Assembly: GCA_000320545.1 (NCBI GenBank)
Contig: ADNK01003064.1
Location: 1 to 64,000, forward strand
Direction: 5' to 3'
DNA: 64,000 bases
Source of the DNA: Bigelowiella natans CCMP2755
Lineage: Eukaryota; Protista; Cercozoa
Shown: piece after piece, positions 39,247 through 52,887 of the stretch
How the letters are laid out: every line of letters begins with the position of its first letter
Position numbering within the stretch: position 1 is the first letter of the stretch
Notes under the pieces: model-generated
Told to the model about the DNA's origin: nothing
The model's database searches: none
The model's input: only the letters and a program-made list of their open reading frames with translations
Made by a program: the position numbers and the translations under genes

Positions 39247-40645
39247 ATGTCTGAACCATCTAGCGTAATTGGCTTGGAAGAGAATAAACATGGGAGTCTT
39301 TACAATCAAGAGAAAGCCAGGTTAAATTATTACATTGTACTGGAACTCTACAATAAATGTACCGTATTTTTTAACATAATTTTGTGTTTGAACTTCTTTC
39401 TGACTAATTTCCATCAGATTCGAAATTAATCAGGGGAGACGCGTAACTTGGTTAAGAAGGGGTCTGATGGGCTTGTCTCTGTTGATGATAATTCTCTTTA
39501 TTGTATCCTTCGCACTGATCGCCGATCTGGAAGGACGTGTGGATGACAACAACAACAACAACAACTCAGCAGCAGGGTCTAATAGCCTAGTGTTAAGTAC
39601 TTCTCCTGTTAGATCTAACATGGTCTCAGAACTATACCGTGGATCAGGACAATGGGCAGTCAAAAAAAGCCTTCCTTATCTTGCAAGTGATGTTGCAACG
39701 ACAGACTGTGGTGGGAAAATCTACATTGTAGGTGGACTTGAACAAAGTGGTACAACTGTGAGCAATCGCGTTATGGAATATGATCCTATATTTGAGACAT
39801 ATACAAACCTTACTTCCTTGCCCAATCCCCGTTATCGGCACGGTGTCGCATGCATCTCTGGAGCTTCTGCTGGAGACTACAAATTATTCGTTGTAGGTGG
39901 TTTCAATTCTACAGCCCGTGGAAATAGTGGACAACCTGAGGCCGATGTATTTGAGTATAATTCAGCAACACAAATCTGGCAAATCACTTCCAGGTTGATC
40001 GTACCTCGAGGGGATCATGCGATTGCTCAAATGAACAGCAGCATTTATGTATTTGGAGGATATGGTTTAAACTACAATATGGCTATGAGTGGAACCTCTC
40101 TTGAAATCATGAATACAGCTGCTGGACGAACATGGACAGCTGGGCCCAATATGCCAACATCTCGTGGTGATGTTAAAGCTGCGGTGCTTAATGGTAAAAT
40201 ATATGTAGTGGGGGGATGGAATGACGTGACTTATGGGTTCCAAAACGCTGTCGAGGCTTATAACCCTCAAACAAACGTCTGGGAATCTCTAGCAAGTCTA
40301 CCTGTTGCCCGTGGTGATTGTGCAGTTGCTGCTATTGCGGGCAGACTTGTTGTTGTTGGTGGAGAGATTTGGTCTGGAACAAGACGTCCATGCGACTGGG
40401 ATCCTTCCACCACATGTAATGTCAACGAGATTCCAGTACATAATGTTGAACAATATGATCCAAATACGAACTATTGGACACCTCTCGCCCCGCTCCCGAC
40501 TGCTAGATTCCGATTTGATGCTTCAGCTGAAAATGGTGCTCTCTTCGTGTTTGGAGGTCACATGATCGGCAATGTTGATGTTGGAAACGTGGATGCTTTG
40601 TACCTTATCGACCACCCAAGCATTTTCGTACACAAGAAGAGCTAA
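39247..40645 (+). CDS. Membrane-anchored kelch-repeat (beta-propeller) protein; one short 5' exon plus a ~1.2-kb exon
   Basis: The 392-aa ORF has a hydrophobic N-terminal segment and repeated GG...Y...W kelch motifs (KIYIVGG, SIYVFGG, KIYVVGG, RLVVVGG, ALFVFGG). Upstream exon MSEPSS...EKAR splices in frame via gttaaa...catcag. Confidence 0.93.
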
Positions 40646-40702
40646 CTTCTTGTACCTTATCGACCACCCAAGTAATTTCGTACACAAGAAGAGCTAACTT
40701 CT
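40598..40702. repeat. 52-bp tandem duplication spanning the kelch gene stop codon
   Basis: TTGTACCTTATCGACCACCCAAG(CATT/TAAT)TTCGTACACAAGAAGAGCTAACTTC occurs twice with period 52. Confidence 0.95.
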
Positions 40703-40739
40703 TTAAAAATGATAAGAGGTTGCAGTGAGTAACACTACA

Positions 40740-41900
40740 ATGTCTTAGTATTTGAGCATGTGTAGCAGCAACTATTTGTTTTCTGTGCTTTAGATCAATT
40801 TTACAACAATGTGTGAAAGCAAACTGCTTGTTTTTTGTTGCTGACGTTCGCCAGCTCCACACAGCGCGCACATGCAGCTTTTCGTGAATACCCATTGGTT
40901 AGTACTGAAATAGTCATGTGCACCATTCTAGCATTCTAGCATTTCTCGGGGAAACTTGTCGGTCTTTGCTAGTTATGGCGTGATGCATGCACACAAAAAT
41001 GCTGCTTCACACTTAGCCGCCAGACAACCATGCTAAATCGTGTCATTAATTATAGCGCATTTGCTTCGGCAAACATGATTCGCCAACCTCACACACGCCA
41101 CATTGCTAGATTATGCTATGGTGAACGCTGCTGTGGTTTTGATGCGCAACTAGGCATGTTAGCATGGTCTGTGTGTTGGTGCTCATTGTAGCAATCGATG
41201 CCCGTGCCAAGCTAGCAAGCTGCATGTTTCTAGCTAGGATTTGCTTGTATGCTTGTCCAGCAGATACAATTCAATCTAGGCAATGCATCATCGATTATTT
41301 AATATCAAATGCTTCGCTTTCACGCAAAAAATGCGATGCGATGTCCAAGCTAGCAAGGCTGAATTTATTAAGCACGGCCAGCATGCATATACGTCAGACT
41401 CGATCGAATAACAACAAAATCAGATACTCTTGCGAAAGTGAATCTAGTAATGTGGCATGCAAGCTAGTGAGACAATAGACAAGTAATACGATATATATAC
41501 ATCTAAAGATTATTGTTGAGCATGCAAATTGTGGTGCATAGCAGCAGGATAGCTAGATAGCAGGATAGCAGGGCTAGCGAGGGTGAAACGAGGTGCAATT
41601 TCGGGAATGCTCACTATCTACTACTAGACTAGCATGGATTTGCTTGCGCAGCTGGACCATGCAAGTTGGGAAAACAGGTTTGCTACGATGTAACAGCCGA
41701 ACCCATGATGTGAAATGAAATTATTAGCGAATCTGTGAAGCGCGCATGACGCTCGATTAGAAAGGCCTGCTTCTTGTAGACTGTGTATGTGTGCCATGAA
41801 GTGTGGGAAGGCGAAGAACGAGCGTGCATCCAGTAGCATTGAGACTAGTGACATTGCATGTTCTTGAATGCGAGCGCGCTGACACCAAGGATGTGGTAAA
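40740..41900. other. Partially TpA-depleted, CTAG- and TGCA-rich island between convergent kelch and ABCG genes
   Basis: Many surviving TA are in CTAG (gctagc, tctagc, gctagg); TG/CA is in strong excess. Confidence 0.75.
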
Positions 41901-44900
41901 CCAATCCCATGCCCCCGAGAATGATCCATGCCTCATTGTGATCGCTTTTGATATCATAGAAATCTAGCACAGCACGTCCATCTTCAAAGGGCCTCTCCAA
42001 AGGTGTACAAAAACCTTTTGACTGATCTATTGAAGAACATTCAATAGGCCCATAGTCTCTCCATTGGTTCACCATAAGAAGACGGAATACCCACGTATAA
42101 GGAGACGATTCGCGCAACCATATGTAGTAATCAGGAACTTCATCTAATTGGATGATGAAACCACTGTAACAAATAGTAGATTTTCATCCATAATAATGGC
42201 AGGTGGATGAGAATTAGAAGAACTAACTTCAAAGACACGACGATAAATGTTTAAGATATACAGTCAACCAAAGGTCAATAATCAATAAAGTCTCTTCTAC
42301 TACCTGGGCACTAGCGTAAAAGAAATGAAAAGAATTGCTAGCAAGTATGCTACTTGTTCTGAAGGTGCCAAACTGATAATAATGATAAATTTAAACATTT
42401 AGTCACATATCAATGCTGCTTAGATGTGTGTTATGCAAACAGCATCAAGTAAGTACTACAATTAAACTCTATAAATTGTTTCCTGTAGTTTTATTGATAT
42501 GTTCAATTACACTTCTTGTTCTTTAAGTAATCATTTCTTCTGTAATTTTGTTATCTTCTTCTTCTTATTATTATTATTAAGGATACTACCAGCTGATCAT
42601 ATAGGCCGCTGACGTTGTGACAAAAGTTATCATTGCCAAAATGGCAAGAAACGTGCCAAAAACGATGTTGTCCTCAGAGAATCCCACCATATAGAAACCA
42701 ATCGGTGCGAACATGACCCTAATTAATCATGTGATGCCAGCATCATCTTTTCATTTTCTCATAATCATCATCATCATCATTATCATCATCATCATCAATA
42801 TTCATGAACACTTACACTTACCCCAAAATCATGTCAAGAAGAAAGTTTGATAAGCTCTTGGAGAGGTAGTAGGGTATGATTCCATATATTCCAGAACTAT
42901 ACTCTCGACGAAATACTACGAGCTCTTTTGGAAATGTGTTGACGGTGGAAATCATGAAGGCAAGTCCTTGATTCACCATTAAGAAGAACAGCGCGCCATT
43001 GATGGACTTCCGATCACAATTTTTCACACCATCACGATACATGACGGAGTTATGATTTAAATGAAGAAATTATGGTTTACATCAAGAAATTATGATTTAT
43101 GACAATGTAGGAGCACATGTGTGTGTTCCTATAAATTTCGAACCAAGGAGAAACTTGTGCATCGGTTTCAATATGTATTATTATCATATTTTATGATACT
43201 CATCGCTCTCGGTATTTGCTGTGCGTTTGACTTAAAACAGCAGTTCTAGTTCTAGTAGTGGTAGTTAGTGGTAGTAGTAGTAGTTCCACCTGTACAGCAG
43301 TTTGATCAGATTGACGCCCCAATCCCAAATACATCGATCCCACGAATACCATTACGACACAAGTCCTCACCAGAAGTACAACAGTCAGGATTCTAACACA
43401 GCATGCAACCATCAAAATTAGAAGTATAATGAAGACAATGCCAACAACAACTGTATATTTTAATAACGTTTTGTTGATGTATTGGGTTATCATCTTTTAG
43501 TGTTACAGACGAGCACTTATTTCTCCTCCTATCAATGAGCTCCCGGTACAAAAGCACTCTTAGCTGTACAAGACCAGAGATCCTACTATCTACACTCTCC
43601 TCCTCTCCAGTTGTAGTAGTAACCTATTATTATTATTATTATTGTTGTTGTTGTTGTTGTTGCTATGATTGATTATTATAATTATAGCACACGTATTATC
43701 ATCGTTTATACTACAACTTTTCCATCTCAGCAGCGCGCACGCACTACTACGATGTAGAGTAGTAGCTAGGTAGCTACTAATTTGCATGTTGTTATGAGAA
43801 GATACTCCTTTTCTATCGTATCACCTTGTTCTTTTTAACAGCAGAGAGCAAGTAATGTTTCTTCGTGTCCGAGCCGCGTTTGCTCGATGTCCAAGCATCT
43901 CTCACACGCAAACGATCTATCTTAGATTCCATCAAGTTTTCTAGGAAAAACTATAAAGCAGCATGATATAACGATTGTGCCGATTGTGAGTAATAATCAG
44001 TGCAATGATAAATGTAATAATTCGTTGCTTCTACTAATCGAACAATTGCTGAATTTGTAGCTCTCTTTTTCTTTTTCCTCGCTATCCTTTTTTTATTATC
44101 TTTTTCTTCTTCTTATTTCCCCTCTCACCCTCTGCACTCCCTACCCTCGTTTCCTTTCTTTTCAACCTCTGCTGGATTTGTGAAGGGGGGACATTGAGTA
44201 TCCATGGTATCACAGTAGCTTCTAAGCTGATTTGCAGGTCCAAAGTAGGCAGTGTGGCCTTCAACCAACACTAATAGTTCTTCAAGCTCCCCAAATATGC
44301 GTGCAGAGGGCTGATGGATTGTGGCAATCACTGTAACTCTATTACCACCAGTTCCGTGTCCTTTTGCAATCTTCTTTAAAAGCTTTATAATTCCAAGTGC
44401 CTTATAGGAATCTAGTCCAGAAGTGGCCTCATCCAGAAATAATAGAGATGGCTTATTGGAGATCACTGTAGCGATTGATAACCTTCGTCGTTCACCACCA
44501 GAAATGCCGCTCTCATCAGGGAATCCTGATAAGAAACAAATAAAGCATCAGCAACAGCAGCAGCAGGACTGCATAGTAAGTAAGTAGGAGGAGGAGGAGG
44601 AGAAAACAATACACTGGTGACGATGACGACGGTGATGATAACAATGATACTGATGCTGGTGCTGATAGTGTTAGTGCAAAAGGAAGATGGAACCCTTTCA
44701 ATTTACAAGAGAAGTGACAATGATGGTGAAGATAGTAACTATAATCTAAGTACACACCAACTTCTCACCCCCCTCTCCCATCCCCCGCGTCATTATCATC
44801 ATTCTCCTAACTACCACCGCTACTATCACCAATTATTCAAAACTAAGTAGTGTTTTAGCTATTAATAAATGACCGATGATTGTATTTTGGCATTTGATGA

Positions 44901-46404
44901 GATCAAGTTGCTCAATGAGCTCCTCTACACGTTTTTCCACCACAACTCGGTCACGTGTGGCAGTTTGGTCCATCATCAACAATGTATGCACATATAGATG
45001 CTCTCGAACGGTCAGAAGCTCACGGAAGAGGTCATGCTGATTTTGATTTACAACCATGATATTATACATATTTAATTCGTCGCGAGTATATATATATATA
45101 TAATATTGATAATGTTTAAAAGATGCTGCAGTATTATCCGAACATTAACTGTTACCTGATGACACAAAGCAATGTCTGTTAATGGCACATTTTGAATCGG
45201 TTTGCTGTTAAACACTATCTCTCCAGAGGATGGAAGGAGTCTTCGCGACAAGCACTTCAGCAAGGTCGACTACCTCCGTGGTAAGTAAGATGATAATAAA
45301 TATGACAATGATGGTGTTAATTAACCTGCTGAGAAGCTTTGAAGAGGACACGTGATCACAACACATATACCGTGTATCATTTCCAATATATTTACAACTA
45401 GTACTACTACTGCTACTACTATTACTGTACCAACTAGCTCCTATCCTTACCTTTCCAGCTCCTGATGGACCGAGAATGCATAAAAGTCTTCCTTGCCGTG
45501 CTATACCATAGCTGTCGCCTAGAATCTGTTTATCATAACCCTGAATAGATACATGATCAATATCGTAATCTGGGAGATAAGATATAAAAGAGAGGGAAGG
45601 TGGGAGGGAGAAGGAGAGGGGGGGGGGGGGGGAGAAACTACGCTGGAAGCTGTGATATTGAAGGAGAGCTGTGACCACAATAATGCGGGTCTCGAAGCCT
45701 TTTCTTCAGAACTGACATTTGTCATGATGGTTCCTCCAGTAGCAGTAGAAGCGGTCATAACAGGTGTATGTTGTTGTTGGTGAGGAGGAGGAGGTTGAGC
45801 ACTCGAAGAGTTGGTCTCTTTTATGTCTATTACAAGAAGCCTCTCGTCCTTTGTTGTAGAATGATAAGCATTGACAGTAGATTTAAAATCTGTCTGTTTA
45901 GTTGCATCAATAAGCTGCAACTGCTCCGTGCCACCGCCCTCCAAGTATGACGATGAAATAGCGCGATCATCAGCATCACCGTTTGTTACGTTTGTTATCG
46001 TTTTAACGGACCCCAACGACTCTAGCCGATTCCTAGCATTAGTTGTAGTATTGCTACCTTTCTTCGCAGTAGAGAAACTATGACGAAAAACTTTGTTATC
46101 ATGACTCAGGAGCTGGGGATTGCTTCGATTGGGAGAAGATGCCCTGCTACTGTGCTTACTAGTTTGTCGTGACCCTGGGCGAAATAATGCGTCTTATTGA
46201 AAATATTGAGACACTTACTGGAAATGACGAGATATGGTTAAAACATGCACCTTCTCGGCGGCCATGGGGAGAGCTATCACGTCTCCGACTTGCAAGTAGT
46301 GCAGGATGAGCACTGTCATTTGGCGCGGCGTTTACATCGTCGTCATTGTAACTCTGATCACCCGTCGCCCCCTTGTCCTTCTGCTTCAGCGTATTAAGAC
46401 TCAT
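41845..46404 (-). CDS. ABCG (White-like) half transporter, multi-exon
   Basis: Walker A ILGPSGAGK; Q-loop QHDLFRELLTVREHL; GISGGERRRLSIA; LLFLDEATSGLDS; VIATIHQPS; TM domain INGALFF...FPKELVVFRREYSSGIYGIIPYYLSKSL; SPYTWVFRLLMVNQW. Confidence 0.96.
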
Positions 46405-46695
46405 TTCTGACAAGGTTGTAAGATACCTTCTTCGTAATTTAGGTCAGACGACATCCATCGAAAGGCTGGTGTCGTGTCTCGATGCAAACATAGATGGATT
46501 CCGCAATGAGATTTGAGGCATCGACCGATCAACTAACAACAATCGACAACAATATTATTCACGAATAGGAACAAAAACAACCCAGAAATTTCCAAGTAGT
46601 CTCTCAAACGAACAGCCGGCACTATCTCAAAAGAATAAAGATGTTAGTCTAGTTAGTTGTTCTAGTCGCATCCTTGACGACTTCCCAGTTATGTT

Positions 46696-46847
46696 GTTAG
46701 TTAGTTAGTTAGTTAGTTATTCTGTTCGCGCCCTTGACTTCCCAGCTATGTTGTTACACCGAAGTGATTTTCATATGTTGTTTGTTTGTTCATTCACCGA
46801 TTAAGTACTCGTAGGATGTTATCTCATAACGGATATTATTGCAAAAA

Positions 46848-46912
<65 letters not shown>
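46696..46912. repeat. (GTTA)n-TTATTCTGTTCGC module, internal CTTCCCAG(T/C)TATGTTGTTA duplication and (CAA)n tract upstream of the PiT gene
   Basis: Matches 19481-19513; (CAA)n spans 46851-46912. Confidence 0.75.
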
Positions 46913-46988
46913 GAGACACCAACCACGTGGTGTATCATTTATCTATTCATTCATTCCGTACTGCTTCAGGCCTCCCCTTAACAATCAC

Positions 46989-47970
46989 ATGAGTGCTGTT
47001 CCGAAAAACGCGAGCTCTCATCATGATGGGGAAAAGACTGCAGCAGCTGAGAGCCAAAGCTCAACTATCATGGGGGCAGTTACGAGGCGGGAGAAAGTTG
47101 TAGTGATAACAGTGTCGCTGGTGATTATGGGCTTCATGAAATCCATGTTGTTACGGACGGACAAAGACGCAGCATCACCTCTGGTTTCTCACCTTGCGCA
47201 CCTCTCCGTGTATGTTTAGTATAACTATAGTGATAATAATAATAACACGGTAAAGGCTGCATGTATATTAAGGATGGTACAGCTCCTAATGCAGCATAAA
47301 GTTGTTGTTTGCTGTTTGCTGCGAGCTACTACTACTATTACAACATGTCTCCCTGCCTGCCTTCATCACCAATGATGACGTACGAAGGTATGCGGCCTTT
47401 CTCCTTGCCTTCACCAACGGGGCAAATGACATCGCGAACAGCATGGGTAAGTAGTGTAGTAGTAGTAGTAGAATACTTACGTCATCATCATCATGAGAAT
47501 CTCATGATTTCCCTCCATTCAGTCGTCGTAGTCAAAATTCTAACATTATTGTTTGATCATGGATTCGCACCGTTGCTTATTATCGCTTACTATACGGTGT
47601 GAATAATAGGTACAAGTGTAGGCGCTAATGCGCTTACTTTAAGAGGAGCTATTGCGGCTGGATGCGTGTTTGAACTCACAGGTGCTGGTTGTGCTTATTG
47701 TTGTTGTTGCTGTTGTTGTTGTTATTGTTGTCAAAACTACTTGGCGATGTTACTTTTGGATGGATGATACCGGCACACATCCATATTATCTTCAAAAGCT
47801 GTTAGCATTTCTCAAACACACACACACACATACACACACATACAACACATATACACATTAAATAAATGATTAACCAATTGTTAGTCATCGCTTTGCACTC
47901 ACAAATGATATTCATTCCTCCTCTTCATCCTCACCCCCCTCCTCATCCTCCTCCTCCTCCTCCTCTTTTG

Positions 47971-48001
<31 letters not shown>

Positions 48002-49456
48002 CACTACAACTATGCTACTGCTACTATTACCACCACTATTACTACTACTGCAACTATGCTACTGCTCTACCCTCTCCAACAAATAGGCGGGTTGATTATT
48101 GGACCCCTTGTTAGCGACACTTTATCCCATGGGGTGGGTAGGAATTAAATAACAGCGTCGTAACAATAGCAGCAGCAGCAGCAGCAGCAACTATCGATAA
48201 AACAGGCCGCTGTATTTATTATTAACAGCTATGAGACGTTGTAAATTACAGCAGTTTGATGAAATACTTGTAATGGGAGGAATAGGAGAATAGTAGAAGT
48301 GAGGAGAAGGAGGAGGATAAATGAAACCTGCGCACATCATCTTCTCATTATAATATTGATGACTCCGATACACACTAGATAATCAATTCTCATTACAATA
48401 TTGATGACTCTGATACACATTACATAATCAATTCTCATTATTGATACACACTAGATAATCAATTCTCATTATAATATTGATGACTCCGATAATACATATT
48501 AGATAATCGATTTAGAAAGTTTCGAGAAGACCCCAAACACGCTCGTTAAGATAATGTAAGAAGAAGCAGCAACACGCCCATCTTCACCTCATCTTCGAAT
48601 TTTCCTTTTTGTGTATTAGTAGTAGTAGTAGCAGTACCAGAAGTATAATATACTTACGAGGCATTTAACAGTATAATTACAGTGCTTTTGTGTCCTTTAC
48701 GTTCTACTGGCTTTGACAAATTTAATAACATTACTTAGCAACAAAAAGTCATAAAATAATAAGAACTTCGTATGCTGCTGCTGCTGCTGCTGCTGTTGCT
48801 GCTCCTTGTGGTGGTGGTGACACTGCTGCTGCTATTTAGGTTTTGTTCAATATTGGGAAGTGCCTTCTCAACCCTTGGTATTATGTGTTTGAGTGTATAT
48901 GATGTGTCTTTATACGTGTGTGTGCGTGTGATTTGTTCACTTGTACAACAACAAACACCTTGTTGTTGTGTAATGATTGCTACTCTCTACTTATTCTCCC
49001 TTTCTTCTTCTTCTTCTTCTTCTTCTTCTTCTTCTTCTTCTTCCTACCGTATCCTCCTTCCGTATGATAACAAATTATCGTTCATCCACCCCCCCCTCTC
49101 GTTGCTTCATTGAAATCCAACCGACAAATCATCAATAAATTAATTAATAAATAAATAGGTGCTACTGCGTACGGAGTTCCTGTTTCAGCAACTAAAGGAG
49201 TCATCACCAGCATGGTATATATTACTAACTTGTAACTAACAGAGGAAGGAAGATAAAGGAAAAGATCGCCTGAGAGGCCAATCATCATCATGATAATCGT
49301 ATTGTTGGGGTTAGTATCACAAGCCTACTATTTGTTGTATGCTTCTTCTCCTCCTCCTCCTCCTCCTCCTATCATTCGTTCGTATCGTAGGTGGTTTTGG
49401 CTCTCTGCACGCTTGGCCGTAAGTCGCTCAATACGCATGGTAAGTACTACTAAACA

Positions 49457-49492
<36 letters not shown>

Positions 49493-49567
49493 AATTTTAT
49501 TTCAGGATTAAATACAGAAGTAGTAGTAGTAGTGGTGGTGGTGGTAGTAGTGTGCTAATCGGTGTGG

Positions 49568-49598
<31 letters not shown>

Positions 49599-50137
49599 TA
49601 ATGTTTGCCAGGATTGCGTTTGATGGGATTGACTTTTATCGTGAGTCCGATCGCAGGGATGGTCGGAGCATATGTGTTTTATTCGTTGATAATTAATTTC
49701 ATCTTAAAGGTCAGTTAGTATAGTACATACTAACATAGAGATAGTAGTAGAAGGGGCGAGAATAAATGGTGGTAGTAGTGGTGATGATGATGATGATGTT
49801 GTTGTGCTGCTAGTTGTTGTCACCATTATGTGCCGATGATGATGATCATCGTCATTATCATCATCGTCATCTTTCCTCCTCCTTGATATCATCTTCATTC
49901 ATCTGCTAATGTTATATAGTCTTCCCCAGTCGAGAATGCCCGAGCTTATCAGCCGTTACTAATTGCAATCACAATTGCCGGTATGTAAAAATAATAATAA
50001 TAATAATTCGACTAAATAAAATAGTTTGAATACATGAGAAAAGAAGAAGAAGAAGAAGAAGAAGAAGAAGAAGAAGAAGGAATTATCTAAGGTCTATAAC
50101 TGTCCTTTTGTATGTGTGAATGGATCATCGGTCGTTG

Positions 50138-50171
<34 letters not shown>

Positions 50172-50445
50172 TATCTTCAGTCTCCATGCTCTCCCTCACA
50201 CTATCTGGGCCAACGGCAATCAATCCCCCCCCGCTTGCATTCATCGCCGCTATAACTACTGGGGTGGGGTGATAGAGAAGAATCAGAAAGGCTAATGAGA
50301 GACATTATTATTATTAATAATGATAGTAATAATAATGACAGTACGGGACCTGAGGGAGAGAGGGAAGGGGGATGATGATAATGATGATGATGATGATAAT
50401 GATGATGATGATGATGACGATAGGGATGATGATGATGGAAGATCT

Positions 50446-50476
<31 letters not shown>

Positions 50477-52310
50477 TAATCATCATCCCAATAATATCAC
50501 CACCTACTAGCTCTAACCAACACACAATAACCATAACAGGGGGTAGTTGGGATCATGTGGCCAATGATGCAGCAGAAACAGCAGCACCAACAACAACAAG
50601 AGAAAACAACTCTACATGGCGAGTATATCCTGAAGAGTGGTGACATTATTATTGAGGGGGGAGAGAAGGAGGAGATCGAGTTAGAGGAGAGAAAGAAGAA
50701 TACGCACGAAGCAGGGACTGCAGCAGTTTTACACACAGAAGAATCATCGACGATGATGTTTATGAAGGCAAATCCCAATTGCTCACATAACGAAACCTTG
50801 CCATCATCATCATCATCTTTTGAGATAAGAAGAAGCAACACCGAAAATAAACAGAGCAGTTGTGGCCAACAGAGTGCTGGTACTACTTCAGCTCCTCCTC
50901 TATCAAAAGTACAACAAGAAGGGGAGGGGGGGGGAGGAAAACATAGTGGTAGAGACTACTCAGCAGTGACGACGATAGCTGCAACAATCAAGAACATATT
51001 CTCTCCTCTAGTTGTTCTCAGTGGATGTGTGGTGGTAAGATATATATCTATTGAATGATGATGATGAACAAGAAGAAGAATAACAGTTCGTTGATTATCT
51101 CTTCATGTTTCGATGTGCTCTTGAATAAATATGGCGCAAAGACGATAATGATGATGATGGTGGTGGTGATGATACTGATGATGATGATACTGATGATTGA
51201 TGATGGTTAAAAATCATCGGTGTGTTGTAAGTGAGTAATGATGACTGATCACTATATCCAGGCTTTTGCACACGGAAGCAATGATGTGAGTAATGCTGCA
51301 GGTAATAATTTTCTAAGAATCAACGAATAATCACGTACTGCTGATAAGTTATTAAGGAATAAATCACTTGTTATTGGTGATATAGATCCTTACATGCAAT
51401 ATCATCATAAATGTACACACATTTTGGGTTTTTGTGGCTACTGCGGTAGTTATACTTTTCATCCCATGTGTGATACTACATATGTGTGTTTGCTGATAAC
51501 AATAACAATAAAGGGCCTTTGAGTGTGATAGCCGGTTATTCTGCAAATCCAAATACAACTATGGCTACAATCCAGGTAATAATAGCAACAAACAATATGA
51601 ATATATGCAGTAATGAATGAAGGATAATGATGATGCTTTTGATGTCCATGTAAACAACACACTATTCGAATGACGACGACGATGCCAAACACATAGAAAC
51701 AAATATATCATAACTACAATATTGAGTAAATATAATGTCATATGATTTGTCTGTTCTGAGACTTTTTCTATTGATATTGCTTATTTGAGTCAGTAGTAGT
51801 AGTAGTAGTAGTAGTAGTAGTCTGTATTAGGAGGTAGATAAGATCATCCTTCGTTTTATCCTTATATACTGTTTTGGTTGTGACCTGCAGAGACCGTATT
51901 GGACAAATGCACTTGCTTCAGTAGCTTTTGTGTGCGGCATCGTAACAATGGTAAGTGAGTAAAGCAACATGTATGTATAGATGTAGTAGCAATTCATTAT
52001 GATAATAATCATGATGATGATAATTATGGTGAGGGTTTCATACTTACATACTGCCATCGCACGCTGCATCTGATGATATTCCTCCCATGTTAGCACAAAT
52101 GCTATTTGCTTGATAAATGATTAGTGTCACACACGTGATGTATTGTTCAATGCTAAATGATATTCTTCAACACTATTAGAATCATTTTTATTATTTTATT
52201 ATAGCCATCCTCTTTTATCCTTATTCTTTTCCTCTTCCTTATTACTATCAATCCTCATCATTATCATCATTATTATCGTTACGTCGTTGTCTCATCATCG
52301 TGTATACTAT

Positions 52311-52347
<37 letters not shown>

Positions 52348-52461
52348 GAATGACAGGGAGGCCGAACAATACGCTTGGTTGGTTGTAAATTAGCGAAGCA
52401 AACAGCACCTAAGGTGCTATGTCCGCAGCTTCTTTCAACTGTTGTTGTGGTTGTTGTTGTA

Positions 52462-52497
<36 letters not shown>

Positions 52498-52633
52498 ATG
52501 GTTGATAGTGAGGATGAAATGACACCAGTACTAGATAAAAAATGAGACCTTCTTTCCACAAGTTTTAAGTAATTTGTGCTGCTAATGTGATGTTGCAATC
52601 AAAAGAGAATCATTTCTCCCTTCTCCCATCATT

Positions 52634-52665
<32 letters not shown>

Positions 52666-52756
52666 TATCATCGACGATGATGACGACTACGATACACATT
52701 GTAATATAGGCATTTGCAACTCAGCTTGGAGCTGCCTGCACGATACTTATCTGCAG

Positions 52757-52795
<39 letters not shown>

Positions 52796-52854
52796 CTCGA
52801 AATAATCAAATTAATGATATTTGGGAAAGAGACGCTTCCACATAGTAGTAGTAA

Positions 52855-52887
<33 letters not shown>

